From: Marsupella aquatica
Taxonomy: Eukaryota > Plantae > Marchantiophyta
NCBI GenBank assembly: GCA_973895155.1
Contig: OZ316894.1
Span: 1,440,357 to 1,504,356, forward strand
Direction of reading: 5' to 3'
Length of the DNA: 64,000 nucleotides
The notes under the pieces are model-generated. The model had not been told where the DNA came from, searched no databases, and worked only from the letters and a program-made list of their open reading frames with translations. Both the position numbers and the translations under genes were made by a program. Below are positions 26,198-38,975 of this stretch, one piece after another. How positions within the stretch are numbered: the stretch's first letter is position 1; each line of letters opens with the position of its first letter.

Positions 26198-27060
26198 AAA
26201 ATCAAACATACAATGGCCAACAGAGAAAGGTGAACTAAAGAACTGTTCATCATCTGCAGCCCAAACTAGAAGAAGACCTCCAATCCCTGCCACACATCAC
26301 AAGCAGGGGGGCTGGGCCACAACCAGCCTCCCCAATGCCCTCCCCACTGCCCTCCCCCCCCCACCCCCAATCCCAGCCCATCTGAGGGACAGGCCCACTT
26401 CTAGGCAAGCCAAAGGATTCGCCAAACCTGACAATTAATCCTAACTACAGGCAGACCAGCAGGAGGGGCATAGCTTTTTGCATTGACCATGCAAACCAAC
26501 TTCAATCCACTTTAATCTTCAATCTCAAGATCACTACAGTTTCACTCACTACACACTTTCAATCTCAAGATCTAAGTAAACTATTGATCACTTAAATACA
26601 GATCTCAATCTCAAGGTCATCATAGAGTTACATCAGTGTTGTTGAACAAGGCAGGCTCGATACAAAAATGATGGGTTCACTATGATAGATTATGTGTGAC
26701 CTATTTTCGGCAGCTAGATTTGTCAGTTAGACTATGGACTGCTCCGGTGCTCTAACTAGTAAATTAAGCTATAAGCAAAGCTAGGGTGATGGCCTATGGT
26801 CTAGAGTGAGCCTCTAGGCAGTGAGTGTGGACAGTGTGGGAGCAAACTTATGTGGGTGCAAATTGCAAAGTGAAATTGTTACTTGTTAGGGAGTTCTCTT
26901 TTCACAAGAGATCTGTCCTCCTCTATTTATGTCCAAACCAAGGGTAGACAGATAAAGATTCTGTACAGTCAAGTCACTGTGTTGAGTGATTTGACATACC
27001 TGTACCCACTGTTTGCCACATTGCTTAGAGTATACCTTTTGGTTTTGTAACGGCTCAGAA

Positions 27061-27424
27061 TGATTATGTGTTCTTTCTCTCTTGATTGCTGGTGAGTGTT
27101 GTGCAGGAGCACCCTCTCTGAGTGTTTCTGCAGGGTTTATATATATTACACAGAAACAGCCAAACAAAGTACAATGAAGAGGAAACAAAAGACGGCCAAA
27201 TTAAAGAGGGCAATGCAAGTTAGAGGCAAGTGCAACCCTGAGGTGATTATGTGTTCTTTCTCTCTTGATTGCTGGTGAGTGTTGTGCAGGAGCACCCTCT
27301 CTGAGTGTTTCTGCAAGAATATATATATATTACACAGAAACAGCCTAACAAAGTACAATGAAGAGAAAACAAAAGACATCCAAATTAAGAGGGCAAATGC
27401 AAATTAGAGGCAAGTGCAACCTTG
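27061..27424. repeat. Tandem duplication, 2 x ~183 bp, inside a dispersed repeat
   Basis: TGATTATGTGTTCTTTCTCTCTTGATTGC...GGCAAGTGCAACC at 27061 and 27244. A related stretch (CCAAACAAAGTACAATG...GGGCAAATGCAA) recurs at about 60280-60340. Confidence 0.9.
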
Positions 27425-29307
27425 ACAAAAAACAAGGACAAAAAATGGGAAAATTATGTAACATGACAATAGAAGGATGAACTAATGTCTACACAAAAAG
27501 TAATGTACCTAGAGCTAATGGTCCATGCCCTAACTGTCGTGCCCTAACTAATTCTGCAAGTAGGACAGGAATGTCCTCTAGGGGGGCAGGCCTTTGCAAA
27601 GGCACACTAGCACCCACTATGAGGGATCGATAATAAATTGCTCAAGCGTGAGCATGCCGTGAAAGGTTTGTTTGGTGGTAGGAAAAATCAACGGTATATG
27701 CTTGATGGGACTGTCAAAACAAATTTATGTGATAGGCCCTTACAAAACTTTTGTTACAATCTAGACCCCCTAAGTTGTCAGATGTTCTTGTAACAGTTCC
27801 TATAACTAAGGAGTTTTAGTTTATTATCACCAATACAAGCTACAGTAAACTAAGTTTATTGAGTCAAACTGTGTTGAATGACGAACTACACCATGGGAGG
27901 AACCGCAGAGTAGTGGTGGCCATTGCAAGAATTGTGAGTTCCTAAGTGAAGACAATATATGTAGTTCATGTTTTCAGGTTCTCAATTCTATCATACTGTC
28001 CGTCTTTAGGTTGCTTCATGCACCTATGCATTGGGTTCGCCTGATGTTATGATGTTTCTCTTTGTTCTTTTGTCAAAGTATGGAATGAATCCTCCACTTT
28101 TGGTCGTTATTGCAACTGCAATGTTCAAAAATCGGGTCAAAAATTGTCCAAGTGTGGACGGAACCAGAGATCTTTTATTTTTGGTTGTTGACCCTTGTTG
28201 CAACTTTCAAATTCTAAGTGTGAAAACAAAGAGAACATGGAATCATTCGTGACTGGAAATGTTTGCTAGTATACAAGAACTAGACTAAATGTTTAGACTA
28301 GATGTTGTACAAACCCCCTATCATGTAGCAACAGATCCCCTAAAAATCTATAATCATGTGAAGACAATATCCAAGTATGTCTTCAAGGGTAGAGCACACT
28401 TGGTGGACTATGACATGCTGCAGTTTGGAGTGCGGTGGGAAATGTAAGACTGACCATGCCGTTAGGCATCCCAAGAACCATGTGCACTGAACCTACGTAT
28501 GTAGGGGCCTAGTTTGTAGCAAAAAACTTCCTAGGGACTCATCACGTAAATTTGTTTTGGCATGGGTCCCATCAATTTTGACGCGGGTTAACCCTACTCA
28601 AGCCCCCACTCCTCAACCCTATTCCTGCCAACAAACTCAACCGGCCCTTGCCAAAACAACCGGCCAACAAACTCAACCTGCCAACAAACTCAACCCCTTG
28701 CCAGCAAACTCAACCGGCCCTTGTTGGGAACAAATGAATGTCCTTTGGTGTGCCTCGAAATCACCTACTATGTTGAGTTTTGGGGCCTTCAAATCACCCA
28801 CTATGTTTTCACTTTAGCAGCCAAATGCCATGCCCCTAAACTGCTGGAGGTGCTCTAAATAAGGGCGAGTTTTTGCTTTGAGGTTTCAGGCCAGTATAAT
28901 ATACTGTCTTGTAAAGTGGGGATATGTTTGTCTGCCTTAAATACCCAAAGCTGACCCATCCAACAAAAGATAGACGAAGGAGTTGGGATGTTCAACTAAG
29001 GTTAAATGTACTCCCTGAGTAGTAGTCTGGTGGAGGTCGATGCTCCTCCTCCTCTGCCACTCCCCTCTCTTTTCTCTCGAGACCTAAATTGGTGGTCATA
29101 GCTCAGGAAATTCTCCGCCACGATTTTGATCCACCACCATCGCTGGAATGTCGCCCAATTCGTTGTAGCGTGATTGAGTTAGGGATCGACATCCAGCCCC
29201 GATTGATCGATCGATCGCTTGATCGGTGGGTGGGTCGATTGTGGGTCGATTGTGGTTCAGTCTGTGAGTGGAGTCGCTCAGTGTTGTTCACGAGAAACTG
29301 GTAATTC

Positions 29308-30712
29308 ATGGCGACGCTCGTGAAGCAGTTGCAGACGAGAGCGCTGCAGGCGTCTCAGGTGATTAACAAGCATGGCTCGGCCTACTACAAGCAGCTGCTG
29401 GAGAAGAACAAGCAGTACGTGGTCGGCGAGGCGACTGTTGAGAAATGCCAGGAGCTGTCGAAGCAGCTCTTCTACACTCGTCTCGCCAGGTGAGAGTGCT
29501 GTTCTCACCGTGGTCTCGGAGCTGACTGTCTGTTGGTCCCTGTTTGTAAGATTTTTCGTCCTCTGCCCTTTCTGCGTCTGGCTTTGCCCTCCTCCAGCTC
29601 GGTGCCATGATCGTGACGGTGTTACAATTGTGCCTTTTTGTGGCTGCCTGCCTACATTTCACAATCGTACCCTATTAGTTGTACTTGGAGAGGTCCGATC
29701 CAGGCTTTTGGACATAGACTTCCTTCGCGGGCGTGGGAAGGGGAAGTCCTGTGAGTGAAGTGGTGACATCTAGATGAACACATTCCTATTTTCATCAAAC
29801 TGGTTGTCAAGCTTGTGCTTCAGCGGTGCGAATCCTGTGTATCACCTTTATCATTGGTCGGCAGAGACGTCGAGGGAGATACAACCAACCTGAAAAACCC
29901 CATTCACAAGAACCCTTCGTAAATCATCGTGTAGTATAAACCTACTGTATTTCATCAAGCTGACCGTCAACCTTGTGGTGAAATGCTCGGTCATCGCCGA
30001 ATCATATTTCGCCATAGTTCGATCGTCGAGAGAGGTGGTCACCTTAAAAGCTCATGCACAAGAATGTTGCCTCAATTATCATGTGGTAGATGACCTATTT
30101 CGTCAACCTGAATGACAATCTTGTGCTGTAGTTCAGGGTATCAAAGTTCAGGGTATCACCTAATCATCTGTTCTCAGAACTGATCATCGAAGTAGGTAGA
30201 TGCACTCAACCTTGGAAGAACTCTTCTCAAATCGTTGTGGTAGATTTCTTGCTTATGAAAAAAGGTGAATTAGAGCTCGGGCCGATTCCTTTAGCGGTAA
30301 TCTCTACTGCACTTTCGCACCTACAGGATTCCCATGCTGAAGAGATCTAGGGAATCCCTAGTTTTTTCTTGTTGGGGCATATGCTCTATCGTTGCCTGGA
30401 ACCAGGTCATGAGCTTAAACTTATTGCCTAGCGAAGCTATCTTTGTTTGCTGTTGGGGAGATAAGAATGGTGGCCGCTCTGGAAGGTGCTTACTAACCTC
30501 CAAATTGTCCGGGGTTTTGTTACAGTTTACCAGGACGCTACAAGGCTTTGTGGGAGGAGGTCGATTACGTGAAGCAGAAATTGCTGAAGCGGGATGACTT
30601 GAAGCTAGAAGAGATAGGTATTGGTGTGTTATTCGCAGGAGAGTGTTACGCCTGGTTTTGTGTGGGTGAAATAGTTGGACGGGGTGGCACCATAACAGGG
30701 TACAAGGTGTGA
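29308..30712 (+). CDS. ATP20: Mitochondrial F1Fo ATP synthase subunit g (122 aa)
   Basis: Exons 29308-29489 and 30526-30712 with a phase-2 GT-AG intron. Protein: MATLVKQLQTRA...YYKQLLEKNKQYV...VEKCQELSKQLFYTRLAS|LPGRY...GECYAWFCVGEIVGRGGTITGYKV, including the conserved GEIVGRG motif of plant subunit g. Confidence 0.96.
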
Positions 30713-33700
30713 GGATTAATAATCTTAACAATATCAGCCAGATGACGGCGTCATTTTTGTTACAGAAACGAACCGGCTTTGTGGATCGGACATGATCAAC
30801 TTAGCATACATAATCGTCGTAGGTGTTCTCATGGTGTGAAAACGAGCCTCGTGGGCTGTTCGTCGATGTAAGTTTGTGATAGAAAGCCTTACTCGATTGC
30901 ATTGATGTCTGTTTTGAGTGCTCCAAAGGACCAGTTGTCTCGGCCCTTCAATTTAGTCCACTACTCAGTCCGAAAGCTATTGACAAGTGGAGGTGGTTAA
31001 TAAAGCCCGTTTGGGCCTTTCTAAAACTCTTCACCTGCATTATGCCCTGCAAGATGATGATACGTTATTATGTTTATGGACATCCTGAGATTACTTATTA
31101 GCTTCGGCTTTTGCTGGATCTTTGAAGAAATTAATGGTACCAATTTTTTAAATTGGAAGAGCATTTTTTGGCGTCTTTATACGAGGATTTTGTTTATCAG
31201 ATGGTTGTGTTTTTCGCCTTTTCTAAATCTGCGTTGTTGCTAATTATATGCCGAGCATGGGGGCAAAGTGAGAATGTTTTTCTCGATGGACTGAGTACAA
31301 CTTGGGTTTGAGCCAAGGGTTCCAGGTGTGAGAAAGCTATGGTATGGTTTTCAGGGATATGTTATAAATCCCGGAGCAAAGCAAGTTCAGTCTTAAGCAC
31401 AGGGCACTATCTGGCGTCTTAAGTCTGCTAGCCAGTCGTATTTCTTTGGATTGCTTCTTACAGACCCAGGGGGTCGGATCAACGCGCCTGAAATATGAGT
31501 TGTCTCTGAACAATCTCAGCCCCCTGAAGTTCAGGTCCTTAAGGTTGGATTGTGCTATTTGCCTAGTGATGGGCTAAGATTTATTTTGCATCCCTGAAGC
31601 AGCACCAATACCTCTACATGTCAGTTTTTTATGATACTTTCGCCTCGAAATGTGTAAGACACTTTTGGGGAAGTACTGTGATGCTCTTTGATAAAGTGTG
31701 TGTTCTCTGTTAGTTGTAAACATGGATTTCAGCCTTGGTCTCACTATAGTGGAGTGACAACGGCAACAGTAGCTTCAGTCTCCGCTTCAGATGAAGATTA
31801 CATCAGATATTTCAATGTTCTCTATCGTCTGGAAACATGGGAGGCACTTTTGGGAAAGTCTGATGTGCTTTGATAAAACCTGTTACTGTTGCCAGGTGAA
31901 AAATAGGAATTCCACTTTAGGTTCTTGGAGTTGAGTTCTAGTGGAGGATCAAAGGACACCAGCAAGTTCGATTGGGTGCTTCAATGGAGAGTATATTGTA
32001 ATGTTAGTTTAGAACCTTGAGAACTCTGTCGAAGTGGCTATTGTAAAATGAACTAGTGTGGTAAGCGTTAGGCGGAGTCGTTAGGGTCCAGTTTGTCCAA
32101 ACACAAGAATTTACTGTCATGGGGATCATTACTTTGTGCTTCCTGCGCCTCTATGCAAAGAAGAGATTGTGAGATACAGTGTAATCCATGAAAAGGATCA
32201 ACTGCTTTACGAAAACATAAACTTATCTCTCCTCTTTGATGTGGAAAAAGGTGGTTAGAATTACAGATCAATGCCGTTTCTAGAATGTCTCTCAATGGAG
32301 AGGTAAAATTAGGGTAGCGACCAGTTTCCTCCTGCTGCGTTGTTATGGATTCCTGGCGCTACGTTTCGCCAGAATTTTTGGGGTACAACATTGCCACTTG
32401 GGTCAATGTCTTTTGCGTGATGCATTGACCGGGAGGTTCCAATTGTCCTGCTGGCATTGTTTCTCATGTTTTTCTTTTTCTTTCCTTTGATTCTCATATC
32501 TCAGTTGGTGAGGTGTCAGCGTTGCATCAGCTCCAATGATCACAACCGGAGGCAGTACAGTAGGTGTAGGTTTGATGCATACAGCTAGAACACCAATCAA
32601 GACAAGATATTTATAACCGGCAAACCAAGTGGTTAGTGGTGCTAGAACACAAATCAAGTCAAGGTATTTATAACCTACAAACCGAGTGGTGCCAACAAAT
32701 GTATCGAAGTGATTTGTGTTCTGGCAGCACGGCAAGAGTAGATTTAGCGAACAGTGTAGCTGGGAACAACGACACTTACAGTGGGGAGCTTAGCTCCCCC
32801 TAAAACCACCACTATCACCAGCAAGTACTAGCCAAAACTAATACCATTTTCCTGAAACTGTGGACACCAGTTTTTTGAAGTACACCACTGATCGAAAAGG
32901 GGAGAGATTTTGTACACTTCTCCGATTTTATACACTTCTCCCTTTTACAGTGCTACTGGTGGTTTAAAACATACAAGAAATGTATCTCTCAAATGTAGTT
33001 CCACTCTGACTGGACCTTCGACTCTTTTTCAAGGATAAGAGCACGAATGCAAACTGCAGCCAGCTCACAGACAATCATATGCATTTGTCCAGGGCGCAAG
33101 CGTGAGAAAAAGATTGTATGGCGGGGTCGATTTGTATTTGGGGACATCACATTTTGTCTTCCAGGATGCCACCTCTGGTCACCGATGGACGCTAGTCAGG
33201 GCTAGCTTACATGTGCTAGTAGAACCGGAGAACAAATGGTCCTTTCCCCAGGGATTGGGCCATACTCTCACATCCATATCGATTGTGTTGTACTTTTTCA
33301 ATGTGGAAGGGTCCCAGATTACGATGTCGAAGATTGTGGATCCGACCTGCCTGGCTAAAGCCAAATGTGATTACCCTTCGTACCTGCCTCTAAACTACAC
33401 GCAAAACTTAGCTGAATGAATGTGTACCACCGTTCAGTTCTCTTAGGTCCAAGATCAAAGTGGAAAATGAAGTCAGTGATGTATAATGAGCGAAGTTTGA
33501 TGGCTTCTGCGCAGTAGCGGTGTTTCAAGGGGAGATTCTCATTCATGCTTATGGATGTGGACTTGAAAGGGCGTGCATGTTCGACATGTCACCTGTTTTA
33601 CCCCACACATTTATTCTGTGACGGGGCCAACGACAGGGGCAGCCTACCACACACTAGCGGTAGGCTGTTTCCCGTCCTCCACTAAGAGATTACTCGACGG

Positions 33701-33904
33701 AGTCGAGCCCGTCGAAACTACGTAATGCCTGTGGTTCGGCCCCGCTCAATCAACTGAAGAGCTATATATGACAGGTTATCCGAGAGGTTATCCAATTCAT
33801 TTGGGATCTCTTGTCCTGGTTTCAGGTCAGCTGGGTGGACTGCCATCATTTTCAGTTCGGTGTTTCCTATATATATATCTTTTATGCACACTGAAAAGTC
33901 AGAA

Positions 33905-34060
33905 AGTTCAGTCCAAGAGCCGCCCGGGGTCTGGTTGTTTTTCAGTCCAAGAGCAGGCGCAACCAGCTTCGGTCTCGTTGTTCCAGTCCAAGAGCAGCCG
34001 CAGCCAGTTTGGGTCTGGTTGTTTCAGTCCAAGAGCAGCCGCGAGTATCTTGGGTCTAGT
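33905..34060. repeat. Degenerate ~40-bp tandem repeat
   Basis: CAGTCCAAGAGCAGCCGC...GGGTCTGGTTGTTT units occur about four times. Confidence 0.75.
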
Positions 34061-37000
34061 TGTTGGGCCTAAGAGCACGCAGCCCATCACGTGGCCGCTC
34101 GGGCTCAGGCCGTTGGTAGAATTAAGCGAGTGGTGATTGTGCAGCCCAGCTGCCGATCTTCCCATTTTTTTTGTGTGACATATGGTCAATGGCCTGGTCA
34201 ACAGATCGAAATAAGCCACCCATGGGTCTTTTCAAACTACTGGTGACCACTAGCACTAGCAAAATTCAGACCCTCTGTCTATTTTGCCGGCAGTCTGATG
34301 GATATGGAGCCTGTGCAAGTAGCCGTGCAAGTAATGCAGTGTAGCCGTGGAGGAAGTGAGCCCACGCGGGGAGCCCACGTTGAGGATTGAGTCGTTGCTG
34401 GAGATTTGAGCCATGGGGTAAAGGAGGGCTACAATGCTACTGGGAATTGTTGAACTTTGCTTGAATTGGTTTGGTACAGATGTTTTTTCGGAAACAAGTT
34501 CACAGGTGTTGCAGAACAATAGAAATTTCAATGAACAAGTTAATTCCGTGCACATAGACCTAACTTGCTTTGCCAGAGCAGTTGACAAGTTCTGAGTTCA
34601 GGACTGCTGTTTGCTTTGTGCAACGATTTCCCGTCTTTTCCAAAGACCACATACAGAGGAGTTTAGTCTAGCGAGGACGGAATTCCAGGCCCTGCCATTT
34701 ATTTGCATGGTGACCACAAGGATTTTGATTGAAGAGGGACTCATTCATGCTACACTTGCGGACGTAGGGTAGACCGACTCTTTACTGCAGGCGTTCATAC
34801 TAAGAGAGGCTTTATCTGCTGCTCGTTGGTGGATGGTGTTTTTGGGGGAGCCATTTTGGACCTACTGTATCACCAAATTTACCTCCACAGGTAGGTCCTT
34901 TAGGTGTTTGTGGATACCATGATCATGGAGAGCCCCTCGTGCAGCCAATCCGGAGCTAAGTTAGCACCGAATCGGGCACAGGTAGATTGTGTCGGATCGC
35001 GGATTCTGCAAAACAGCTCTTAACCCAGATATAACTAGTGAAAAAAAGAGAACAACACTAGAGCAAAAACAGGGGCCAAGCACCCGAGCACAAGAAAAAA
35101 GGGAGCATCATCCGAAACAACACATACAAATCGAAAGTACATCTAGGTAGAAAGTGCAGGTAGATAAAGTACATTTAGGTAGAAATTGTAGGTAGATAGT
35201 CAAATTATTGCCTGCATGAAGGGACCTCCACCCTTGCTGTAACATCGTTGACGATTCCATCCCTGAACCATGCTCTGACCTGACCTGGCGTGGCTCCGAA
35301 GTCCAGCAAATAATTAAAGGATAGGCAAATATATCACAGTGCCAAAAGGCAAAGGGAAATTCATCAAATCCAGGAAAGAGATGAAGCCTCCCTAGTCCCT
35401 TCCTTGGTCCCATTATTCAGTAGGAATCGCACGAGGGGAAAAGGTCGGATCTCACCAGCATAGGTTGCGTTGTGGCGAAGAAAAGCATATACTACCTGCT
35501 CCAGATGAGAGCTGAAAAGTCCCCAAAGGTATAGTTCCCCAATGCAAACTCGTTTCGTTTGTTTTGTTTTAAAGCTGTCGTTTCATCATACGGGGACACC
35601 TATACACTCCTTCATTATGACAAAAGTGTGCCATGATTCCTGTAGTGCTTTGTTCACGGTAACCCTACCACCTCAGTCACGCCGAAGAGTACAGTAATCA
35701 CTGTAGCCTGCTCTTCATCAATCACACAGAAGAGTGCCGTGCTTGCAGCATTGCCTCACTGGACACACTACGATCTTCGAGCCCTGAGCACTCTTGGTGT
35801 GTGTAGAAATTAGAAGCTTCGAGCCCTGAGCCCCTGAGCACTCTTGGTGACTGCTTAAAAATTAGAATGCTTGCTTGTTGAGCAAGGTGGTGACCGAAGC
35901 ATACCAGTTCAATAATTACTCAAAATGACCTCCATGCCTATAAACAGCACACCTGATTTCCTGATTTAATTCCCTTAGTGATTTTTTCTCTTGTAATTTT
36001 CTGTTAAGCATTTATCCTTTAAGTTTAGAGTTATGACTATAGTTGCCAAGCTAATTCTAGTTGCAGACTTGGTCAGCTTAATTGTGCTGCATCTTATGTA
36101 CTCAAGGAGTGTTTGCTTGTGGATGAGAAGCTCAAACTCATTGTTACTGAGCCATTTGAGCTATAGAGAGAACTTGTGTTGTGGGAGACTGAGTATGGCT
36201 GATGAGCATAGAGTACAATAATGTTTTTGTGTGTGTTCGGTGCACATAGTCTCATAAAAAATTAACCACATATCTCTGTGGGTTGATACTTGTTTGTGGA
36301 TATGCATGTTCATGCCATTGGACTTGCATTTTTGCAGAACATTTTCCAATAAAAGCCTAAGCTTTCAGGTCCTAAATGAAATCCTAGGGCACTTTAATTT
36401 TCATAATGCTCCTTGTGATTTTTCTCTTTGCAACTTTCAGAACATTCTTGGAGAAGAATGTTGTGCCAAGATTTGGATACTAGGAAGATTCTCCTCTACT
36501 TTTACTGAAATTAGTGAAACCTAACATCTCTCAGACCTTTAGTAAGTGCATTAAGGTACTATTTCCAAAACATTATGGGCGATATCTACAACTATAATAA
36601 GGGATGCTGCATTTTTTTGTCCTTTGTCCCAATACAAAATAGCTCCTGGGTGGGAAAGATCCACAGTCGTTGGATTGGTTTGACTGTTTTCCCTGACCAT
36701 TGATGGAGAAAATGGGCACCCCTGGGCACATATGTGCTTCTCACGATGCCCCGGCCCACTCCCTATGGACTGGCCCTCCTTGCTTCGTGCAACACACTTG
36801 CATAGGGCTCGTATTATATAAATAGCACTTTACTATATACAAAAATCTGGGATGAACTTGGGACCTCTGGGGTTCTAGACTAATCCTTTGGCCAACTGAC
36901 CAGACGCCCTTTTAGCACTCATTAACCCCACTAGGGCTGGAGATGCTCTTGTCAGCTGGCCCCACAAAGAACCCCACCACTGCCCCTGCAGAGAATCTCA

Positions 37001-38129
37001 CTGCCCGAGGAAGAATCTCAGTGCCCTTTGTCAAAGACCAAATTTTGCAAGGGTGGAAGGATTCCTTTCCTAAAACCCCACACCCTGCAAAAAAATGCTT
37101 GTGATGAATGCTAATGCCTGCCCGCGAAAAATCCGACTTTGCCAATCCGAGCGAGCACTACAGTAGTGAACTGGACGAATAAATCATGGCCAATGACGTC
37201 GTCGAGCAATTCGCCCAGAGCTTGATGATCATGATGAGGATTGAGGTCTGAGGTCTGAGGTCCGAGGAGAGTAATGCAAAGTTTCCGTATCTGATGTGCT
37301 CCCCTCGATCGTCCTAAACCGTTCCACTCTCGCTGAGCTCATGACGTCGTGTGCGATTTCGTAGACGCCGCCTGATCCGCCGAGCCATCGAGTTTGTTGC
37401 GTCATTCAATTGGCGATCCTTTTCCGTCCTCGGCTCAATTGTTGGCCCCTCCTCCTCAATCCCTCACCTGCTTGCTAAGGACTAGAGAAACCCATTGTTC
37501 TGAAATCGCAATCTCGACCCGTACTCAGAGAATGATCTCCAGTATTGTGCACTGTCGTCCTTTCATTCTGTTGTTGCGGAAGTGGAACGATCAGCAGGGA
37601 TCTGGTTTGGGCCTCTCTCATGCGTGCTGACGAGCTGAGCTTCTCACCATGTGGGCCGGATTGATTGACCGCCCAGCGGATGTTGGAGAATTGCGAATCG
37701 TAATCGAGAGGTTTGTGGGACTGAATGCCATGAAGGGGTCGATCTTGGTGGGTGAGTACCGTGGTGACGAATATGGAGAGGTCTTCATGACTGATGAGCA
37801 CTGAAAATGGCCGAGAGGTGTGTGTTAGTGATGAATGGTGAGAATCACTAGGAGAGGGCTGTCTCACTGATGAGGGACAGCAGGGGAGTTACCCTCATGC
37901 TGTTGCGACGGCACCTCGTGCAAAGCTAGCCTGTGAAAGGTATCTGTTGATGAGCTGCTTTTGGTAGGAGGGCCACAGGTTAGTGTGCTACACGTATTGT
38001 CGTCCATTTCTTCCGAGTGCCATATCAACACGATAATAGTCATCAATGAGCCGCAATTGGTAACTCCTCTGGAGTTCGTTCGCTAGTCGTGGCCTTTTGG
38101 TGGATCACTCGTGCAACAAGTTTTCCAGA

Positions 38130-38975
38130 ATGTCTCCTTGTTGTCGGCTCTGTTGGAGTTCTCTCATGGTGGTAGCACATGCCCTCATCCTGTGTGGTGG
38201 GATAGTAGTTACGGAGTCCATGGCCGCCGAGAACACTCCAACCAACAATCTGGTTGGGAATGGGAATTTCGAAGACCTCGTAGATTTTTTCCCTGCTGGT
38301 GTTTTGGTGCGGAGGAGCCGCTTGGGAAGGCGCGTTGTGATCCCTCATTGGAATGTCACCAAGAGATGCGCGCCGGTGGAAATCGTCAGCAGTCTGTTCT
38401 GGCAGCGCAGCATCTCTGCTGACCAGGAATCTCTGTACGCTGTCCACTTGAATACCAGAGCTGGCCCTGGGGGTATACAGACGGAGTTCTCCTCCCCTTT
38501 CAACGGCACCTCCTCCTTTGGGACTGCGAGATATCAACTGAGTGTGGATGTTGCCGGGAACCCAAATGGATGGTCATCTGTGAAGAAGTTGGAGGTTACT
38601 GTGAGCCCCAGTGAGTGCCGCCCACAAAAGCTGTCACTCCCTGTGGCTCGAGATTCTAATTCGAAGAAACTCAATTGGAAGACTGAGCATTTGGTGCTCC
38701 ATGTTCAAGGAAATCCTCAGACTGTGATGCTGCAATTTCAGAGCCTGACCCCGGGCGCATATGGGCCCCTCATTGACAACGTACGATTGATTCCTGTTCA
38801 TGATGGTATGAAGAAGGAGACCACACAGAACGGTGATTTGTGTGATGGTGACAACGACGAGAAGATGGAGGAGTTTGGACCAGCCAAGAGTTCAATTGAG
38901 CAACTCATGGAGATAGTGTGGATGTCAGCAGAGACTTATATCCGTCAGCGCTTCTTCAGGCCTAATGATTGGTGA
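38130..38975 (+). CDS. Secreted single-domain DUF642 (galactose-binding-like fold) protein, intronless, about 281 aa
   Basis: A hydrophobic signal peptide is followed by NLVGNGNFED...IPHWNV...YAVHLN...Y.LS.DVAGNP...W......L.FQSLTPGAYGPLIDNVRL, which are DUF642 hallmark motifs, then an acidic C-terminal extension. Confidence 0.85.
   Translation: MSPCCRLCWSSLMVVAHALILCGGIVVTESMAAENTPTNNLVGNGNFEDLVDFFPAGVLVRRSRLGRRVVIPHWNVTKRCAPVEIVSSLFWQRSISADQESLYAVHLNTRAGPGGIQTEFSSPFNGTSSFGTARYQLSVDVAGNPNGWSSVKKLEVTVSPSECRPQKLSLPVARDSNSKKLNWKTEHLVLHVQGNPQTVMLQFQSLTPGAYGPLIDNVRLIPVHDGMKKETTQNGDLCDGDNDEKMEEFGPAKSSIEQLMEIVWMSAETYIRQRFFRPNDW

Noticed and set aside
28842-28860. PIF/Harbinger-like TIR end (CTGGAGGTGCTCTAA; similar at ~36937)
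   Set aside because: No matching opposite TIR was found, so element boundaries cannot be supported.
32050-33560. Short - strand ORFs suggesting a decayed gene or transposon
   Set aside because: No identifiable family and no consistent reading frame.
33680-33745. Hammerhead-ribozyme-like arrangement (stem GACGG/CCGTC, then GAAAC, then stem ACTAC/GTGGT)
   Set aside because: The required CUGANGA core is absent directly before the first stem and there is no closing stem I.
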